A DNA stretch of 63,444 bases, the filler included, from Octopus bimaculoides (taxonomy: Eukaryota): assembly GCF_001194135.2 (NCBI RefSeq). It is 9 parts of 9 records of this genome, joined end to end, with 100 filler letters (N's around TTAATTAATTAA, not from the genome) between each part and the next. Parts side by side here need not be neighbours in the genome. Positions count along the whole stretch, not along the records: positions 62,300 to 63,444 come from NC_068989.1; 8 more parts are not named here. One strand, given 5' to 3'. The notes under the pieces were generated by a model. The model did not search any database. It was not told the DNA's origin and was given only the letters and a program-made list of their open reading frames with translations. The position numbers and the translations under genes were made by a program. Below are positions 62,571 through 63,444 of the stretch, piece after piece. How positions within the stretch are numbered: the stretch's first letter is position 1; every line of letters begins with the position of its first letter.

Positions 62571-62639
62571 AGTAATAATGATAATAATAATAACAATAAT
62601 TTCTTTATAGGGGTGTATCAACCGAACACAAAGCATAAT

Positions 62640-63444
62640 GGACAATACACAAACGAGGGACAATGAGGTTATATGTGTAAACAGCAAAACAACAATTAAC
62701 CAGGAAAATTATCCAACAATATATAATTCCCAAATAGGGAGAGATATACCGAGAAGTGATCAAAGCAACATACCCACTTTGGGCCCCTAACACTAAGGCA
62801 TCTCAGGTAGGCTCCCCTCCATCCGGCCTGCAGGCACATAGTTAGAGCAGGCTCATTCACACGGGCCATCCTTGTTACATTCACCCACCTTTCGACAAAC
62901 TTATTGGGTGACAGCACCTCCCTCTTCAGTCTCACTTTACTTTTCAGGTGGAACCTGAAAAAGTCAATGAAGCCTTGGCCAAAGAGGAAGGTACCTATCT
63001 TCAGCCCTTTCTATCGCAGCCACCATACAACCTCTTTCATCATAGCCGCCAGACAGAGAAAAACTGCCTTGCCTTTTCAGCCAAAGTAAGGAGGCGGAGC
63101 AATTTTCACGATGGACTCGGGCGATAGCGGGATCCGTTCTAGACGTAACAATAACTGTTCGACGAAGCTCCACAAGTCAGCAATGAGCGGACACTGTACT
63201 AGTGCATGCAGAACGGTTTCCTCGCTCCGCATGCACCTCGGACAAGACCGTCTGACTGCGTATCCGTGCCTGTAGAACTTATCAGGAACCGGCAGCTCCC
63301 CTCGGTAGCACAGCCGGGCCAGAGATTTCTAGAAATTATCCATAGGCCTCGGCCTGAAAGTCCTCCGGAAGAGACCAGCCAGTTGATCCTTCTCAGTGCT
63401 CTGGGTCCCTCCGAGATCGTCGTCGTTCTTGCTCTCCACCAGTG
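62640..63444 (-). mobile_element. Tx1/L1-like LINE ORF2 3' end (zinc-binding C-terminal region), runs off the window
   Basis: CPRCMRSEETVLHALVQCPLIADLWSFVEQ (C-x2-C...ET..H....C) and FFRFHLKSKVRLKREVLSPNKFVERWVNVTRMARVNEPALTMCL. Confidence 0.85.

Overview
A eukaryotic, AT-rich, repeat-dominated scaffold window. The SINE/LINE families and microsatellite load point to a coleoid cephalopod, probably Octopus (inference; no database search was run). Most ORFs in the supplied track are artefacts of N-gaps or microsatellites. Eight 100-bp gaps each contain the linker TTAATTAATTAA and are assembly joins, so order and adjacency across them are uncertain. The real coding signal is spliced and on the + strand. 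(1) Five phase-consistent exons at 32747-42941 encode two tandem Caspr/Neurexin-IV-type fibrinogen-like modules with no LamG or EGF exon between them; the second module is incomplete, and there are two weaker candidate 5' exons. (2) Two phase-consistent exons at 52798-52992 and 58797/58818-59110 encode half of an Ig C2-type domain, an acidic stalk and a GPI-anchor-like C-terminus. Whether (1) and (2) are one gene is unresolved and is the most interesting open question. The rest is decayed mobile DNA: three tRNA-type SINE families, R4/Dong, CR1, RTE, Tx1/L1 and Penelope fragments, a Helitron helicase fragment, a solo LTR with TSD, a hAT MITE with TSD, a ~580-bp foldback, hammerhead-like motifs and a degenerate telomeric array. 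No CRISPR array, rRNA or convincing tRNA gene was seen.
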